The notes below the pieces were generated by a model. It did no database searches. It was not told the origin of the DNA and saw only the letters and a list, made by a program, of their open reading frames with translations. Shown in pieces: positions 59,941-64,000 of a stretch of 64,000 nt of DNA (positions are counted from its first letter, which is position 1; the number at the start of each line of letters is the position of its first letter). The position numbers and the translations under genes are program-made. Source of the stretch: Raillietiella orientalis (taxonomy: Eukaryota); the NCBI GenBank assembly GCA_036172245.1, contig JAYWIR010000013.1, positions 2,356,001 through 2,420,000 on the forward strand, given 5' to 3'.

Positions 59941-62900
59941 CGCTCCGCTGGTGGCGGCGCCCAGCACTGAAACCACAGTCGCTGCAGCAGCGTCACCTCC
60001 GCTCACGCGACGGCGTGGGGGAGGGGGTGAGCAGGTAGGGATCGGAGAGGCGGGGAGTTGCTCTACACCCCCGGGGAACGAGTTGGGGGGCATCGCCGCC
60101 GGGCGAATCGGCCCCCTACCCCCTTGTGGAGGGCGTCTCGTTCCTTCGCTCGCGCCCACCGACGCCCCGCTGCGCGCGCGCCTTTTCGTTGCGGCCGGGG
60201 TGGGGGCGAAGGCCGCCGCGCGCGTGCCATCTCGGGAGAGTCCGCGAAGGCGCCCTCGGGCGCGCACGCGGGCCGCGTGCGGCTATCCGCTGAGGAGAGC
60301 GCCAGGAGAGGGCGTCTGCACTCCCAAAGAGGCGGCACCCGGTCAGCCGGTCAGTCGTGGAGCGTCTCCCGGCGGATCGAGGACGCAGCTGGACGGCGGT
60401 AGCCACGCCTGCACAAGAGCGGCATCAGAGGTAGGTGCATCAGGCGCCACGAAATCGGGAGCGAGGTCGCGGTAGCGGGCGGGAAGTGGGGATGGAGAAG
60501 GGGGACGTTCGGCGCCGCAGTCCCGCGGCCCGCCCCGCTAGCCCCGGCCCAAATGGACGGCTTGCCAACTGCAAGCTCCTGGAGGGACGTCGGGTTTCGT
60601 TGGGCCGCGCTCAGCGGGCGCGCCCCGAAAGGCGAGAGGAGAACCCTTCCGGGAGGGGAGCACGCGGTGCCCTTCCGAGGAAAACAATGCGCGGGCGGGA
60701 GCCCGGAAATGCCGTCGCAGGAAGGGGAGGAGTTCGCTGGATGTCAGCCAGGAGGGTGGTTCGTTACCCATCCTCGGCCGTGGTGGAGGGCCGTCTTCCC
60801 GAGGGCGGAGGGAAGGGCTCGGCAGAACGAGAAGAGACTGACGGTCGCGCTGATGGCGGCGGAACGGAGAACCTGTCGGCAGCACCGGGAGAAAAAAAGG
60901 GCGAGAGGGCGAAGGAGGGAGGGTGACGGCCGCTTGCTTCCCCGAACCAGTCGTGGCGCGGAGCACCGTTGCCGTCCGCTGCCTCCCCCTTCCTTTCCGC
61001 TGCGAAACTTCCTCCCCGGCGCGCCCGGACCGTTTCGCAGATGCTCGGCTGGCGCGCGGTCTGCCAGGTGTCGCCTGCGCGCATCCTGTCACCTCCACTG
61101 CCCTCTACCGACGCGTCCGAGAACCGACACACCTGCCGGTCGCTGACGCGGGCGTGTGCGCACGCCTACACGCGCGGGCGTTGCCTCCGAGTTGCGAGCG
61201 AACCGACTGGGCACCGTCCCGCCTCCGCTCTACGCACCCTCCCTCCCCCCTCCCTCCCTCCCTCCCTCCCCCCCTTTCCCATAGGGATCCCCCCTTCCCG
61301 CGCACGTGGCGCCCTGCCCGGACGATCCGCGCAAGCAAGCAAGCGCCTTTTCCCTCGAGTCCGGCGGCGCGCCATTTTGGGGTCCATAGTCGGACTCGAA
61401 GCGCGCGCAGCTGCTGCTGCTATTCGGAGTGCTGCCGCGTTCGCCGGCGAAGGTCGAGAGCGCGCGCGGTATCGGCGGCCAAAGGGAGGGAGGAGCCCCC
61501 CGGTTCACCTGCGCAGCTCCAGCAGTCGCCTCCCTCGAGCGCCCGCAGGCACAGAAGCGCCTCCTCCGGGTCCATCGCTGCAGGCGGGCGGCGCCGATCA
61601 TTCCGGCGGGGCGGACGCGTCCCGAGGCCAGGCGACGCACATCGCGGCAACCCAGGCACTGCGCGCTCTCCCACGCGCGCGCACGGCTGCGGCGCGCGCG
61701 CGGGAGAGCCCCGCGGGGAAGTGGCGGCAGCAGCAGCAGCAGCAACACCTGCTCCAGCGCGCGCGCGGGGGCGGAGGGAGAAGCGGGCGGTGGCGCGCAT
61801 CCTCCAGCGGACGCCAAGCGCGACGGCGGCCATCGCGCGCATCCGGCAGAGACGAAACGTCCGGTGCGGCCCGGAACGGAGGGGAGGGGGGGGGGAGACG
61901 TCGACGCGCGCTCGCCCTCGCAACCTTCTCCCCCTTTCTCCCGGTGGGCCTTTCCTCCCGTGCACCCCGGCAGCAGCAGCAGCAGTCGGGCGTTTCCCTG
62001 CTGCCGGGGGGAACCGGGCGGGGCGCCAGGAGCTCGCGCCCGCCCTTCCGGCCCGCGTCTCGCCGGACCGGCGTCCGCCCCTCGGAGGGGTGGGGCGGGG
62101 AACGACCCTTCCGCCCGCGAGGGACTCCCCCAGAAGCCGCCCCGGGGGGTTCCCCGGAGAGCCCTTTTTGCCCCTTCCGGAGGGTGCGGTCCTCCGGTCA
62201 TCGACCGAAGTCGAGGCGCTCGCGCACGCGGCAGCCTTGAGCCCGGACTGCAAGGTCATGTGTTGGGGTGACGGCGGGGGGTGCCCCGGCCCTTGAGTGA
62301 CTTCCTGCCGGTCTCGCTCGGTGAGGACCAGAAGGGAAAGCGACGGGGGTGGACGGGAGGTGCGAAGCTGTCCGTCCTTCGGCCCCCCTTCTGGCCCGGG
62401 AGCGGGGAGCGCGCGCGCGAGGACCTCGCCACCCGCAGCGCTCGTCTGCGCCAAGGCCGGCTGCTCGCGTCGCGCTCCCCCCCCTCCTCTTCCTGCAGCG
62501 CCGGTGGGCGCCTCCGGAGGGAGCCAACGCCTTCTTCCTGCCTGCTCTGCCCGCGGTCTTCTGCCCCGGTGCTCCTCGCCTGTCCCGGAGTGCGCGCGCA
62601 GTTGCCGAGCCGCCGCTCTCCCCCGGTACGCGTTCCGAATTCCTCAGTTGGGGGGTGAGGGTGGAGGGTCCCCGATTCATCTTGCGCGTCCCCTTCGAGA
62701 GCGAGGAGCCGCGGAACGTCCCTGCCGTGAGATGCCCCGCCCCCTCGTGCGAGCCGAGGCGACAAGGATTCCCTGGCTCCGCGCTAGGCGCTCGTCCTGG
62801 GTGCGTGACTCGGAGTTGCGCTCTCGCTGGCGCGTCTTCCTCGGTCTGCGGGAGCACCCGGGCTCCCCACACGGCCGACTCGCCCCCCAGACGCCACTGC

Positions 62901-64000
62901 CGGTGCACGCCCGTCCTTGATGGCGAGGGAGGGGTCCGCCCCCCTTTTGGGGAAATGGGGAATCCTGGGGGAGGGCGGCGTCACACAATGCTGGCTCCTT
63001 CGCAACCGGTCCTTCCCTGAGGACAGGGACGGGTTGTGACCATCCACAGAGGGCTACCGCGGCGACGACCCTCCCCCCGCAGGCAGAGAGCGCGTCCTAG
63101 GTTTAACTCCCCTTTCGTTTTCCTTCCAGTTAAGGGTTGCTTCCTTGTTCTTGGCGACTGACAGCAATTCGTTCCAGCGCGCTCTCTTCACGGGCGCCTT
63201 AGCGTCCTGGAAGGGTGGCGTGAACCCGTGTCGTCTCGCCGGCGCAGGGGCTCCCCCTCGGCCACGGGGAGTCGCGCGCGTTTCTAAGGCGGGCGCGCCG
63301 CCAGCTGCCGCCCGGCGGTCGGCACTCGATCTCCCCACGCATTCCTTTCCGATGAGTCCCATTGAAGGGGCGTAGGGTTCCTCCGCGAGTGGCATTCCTG
63401 AACGGGCCCCTCCCTCCATCTGTGCGTACGAAGGATCGGGTTGAAAATGTACAAGTTTCTCTAAAAGGAAGAGGAAGTAGCCGGCGTGCGGTGGATGACG
63501 CGAGCGCTCGTGCATCGCAGCTGGCCGCTGGTGCTCGTGTGGAGGACCAGTGCTGTGCCACGTAGTGGAAAAGGAGGTGAGCCACTTCCTGCCGGGGGAA
63601 AGCAAGCCGCCTGAAGCATCGCCGGGAAGGGCGTGGATCTCCTCGCGTAGGGCAGCGGCCCCCTCCGGCAGCCACCGCGGCGGAACAGCGCCTGCCCGCC
63701 GTTTCCGCTTGGCGCGAAAACGGCGGAAGAGGGCGAACCGGCGAGGTCCATCCATTTCGTCCTCTTCCGAGCGAGAGCACTCCGCGACGCTCGCTTGACC
63801 GGTTGCGACTGCCGTGGGCGGAGGATCCAGGTGCCTCCTCCTTCCCAGAGATGGCCGGTTCCAAGGTGGCACCCGCCCGGCAACGGTTTTCACGGCGAGC
63901 GAGCGACCACCTCGCAAGCGGCTCAATGTGAACCGACGGGGTCTTCGCAGCCGCGCAACACCTTCCTTTGAGAAGAGCGCCGTCCGTCGTCGACTGACTG

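Noticed and set aside
63054..63926. 290-aa minus-strand ORF at the window end
   Set aside because: No identifiable domain or splice link to the AJM1-like gene. It may be a GC artefact or a decayed repeat.
1..64000. CRISPR array, rRNA, tRNA, prokaryotic operon or defence system
   Set aside because: No regularly spaced repeats or structural RNA signatures were seen. Spliceosomal introns and metazoan genes show the window is eukaryotic.

Overview
Eukaryotic (invertebrate animal, probably arthropod-like) genomic DNA, not a prokaryotic or viral locus. Four intact protein-coding genes can be reconstructed by hand with phase-consistent GT-AG splicing. (1) A Lim3/Lhx3-4 LIM-homeobox gene, + strand, 13065-23894, 7 coding exons, 399 aa. 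(2) A small CDC26 (APC/C subunit) ORF, +, 37408-37599. (3) Dr1/NC2-beta, +, 38468-42485, 3 exons, 171 aa. (4) A large AJM1/ajm-1-like apical junction gene, - strand, 59940-42903, 5 exons, about 1412 aa. There is also an intron-retaining PHYHD1 pseudogene (27204-28220), a probable second decayed gene beside it, and several heavily eroded non-LTR (RTE-like) reverse-transcriptase relics. Base composition swings from very GC/CpG-rich (1-25 kb and about 47-64 kb) to very AT-rich (about 34-39.5 kb). Almost all long ORFs in the supplied track are GC-driven artefacts. I found no convincing wholly new biological system. The best leads are a possible dicistronic or trans-spliced CDC26-Dr1 unit, overlapping 3' ends of Dr1 and the AJM1-like gene, the compositional mosaic, and apparent loss of the AJM1 zinc-finger module. 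Family assignments rest on remembered motifs, not on database searches.
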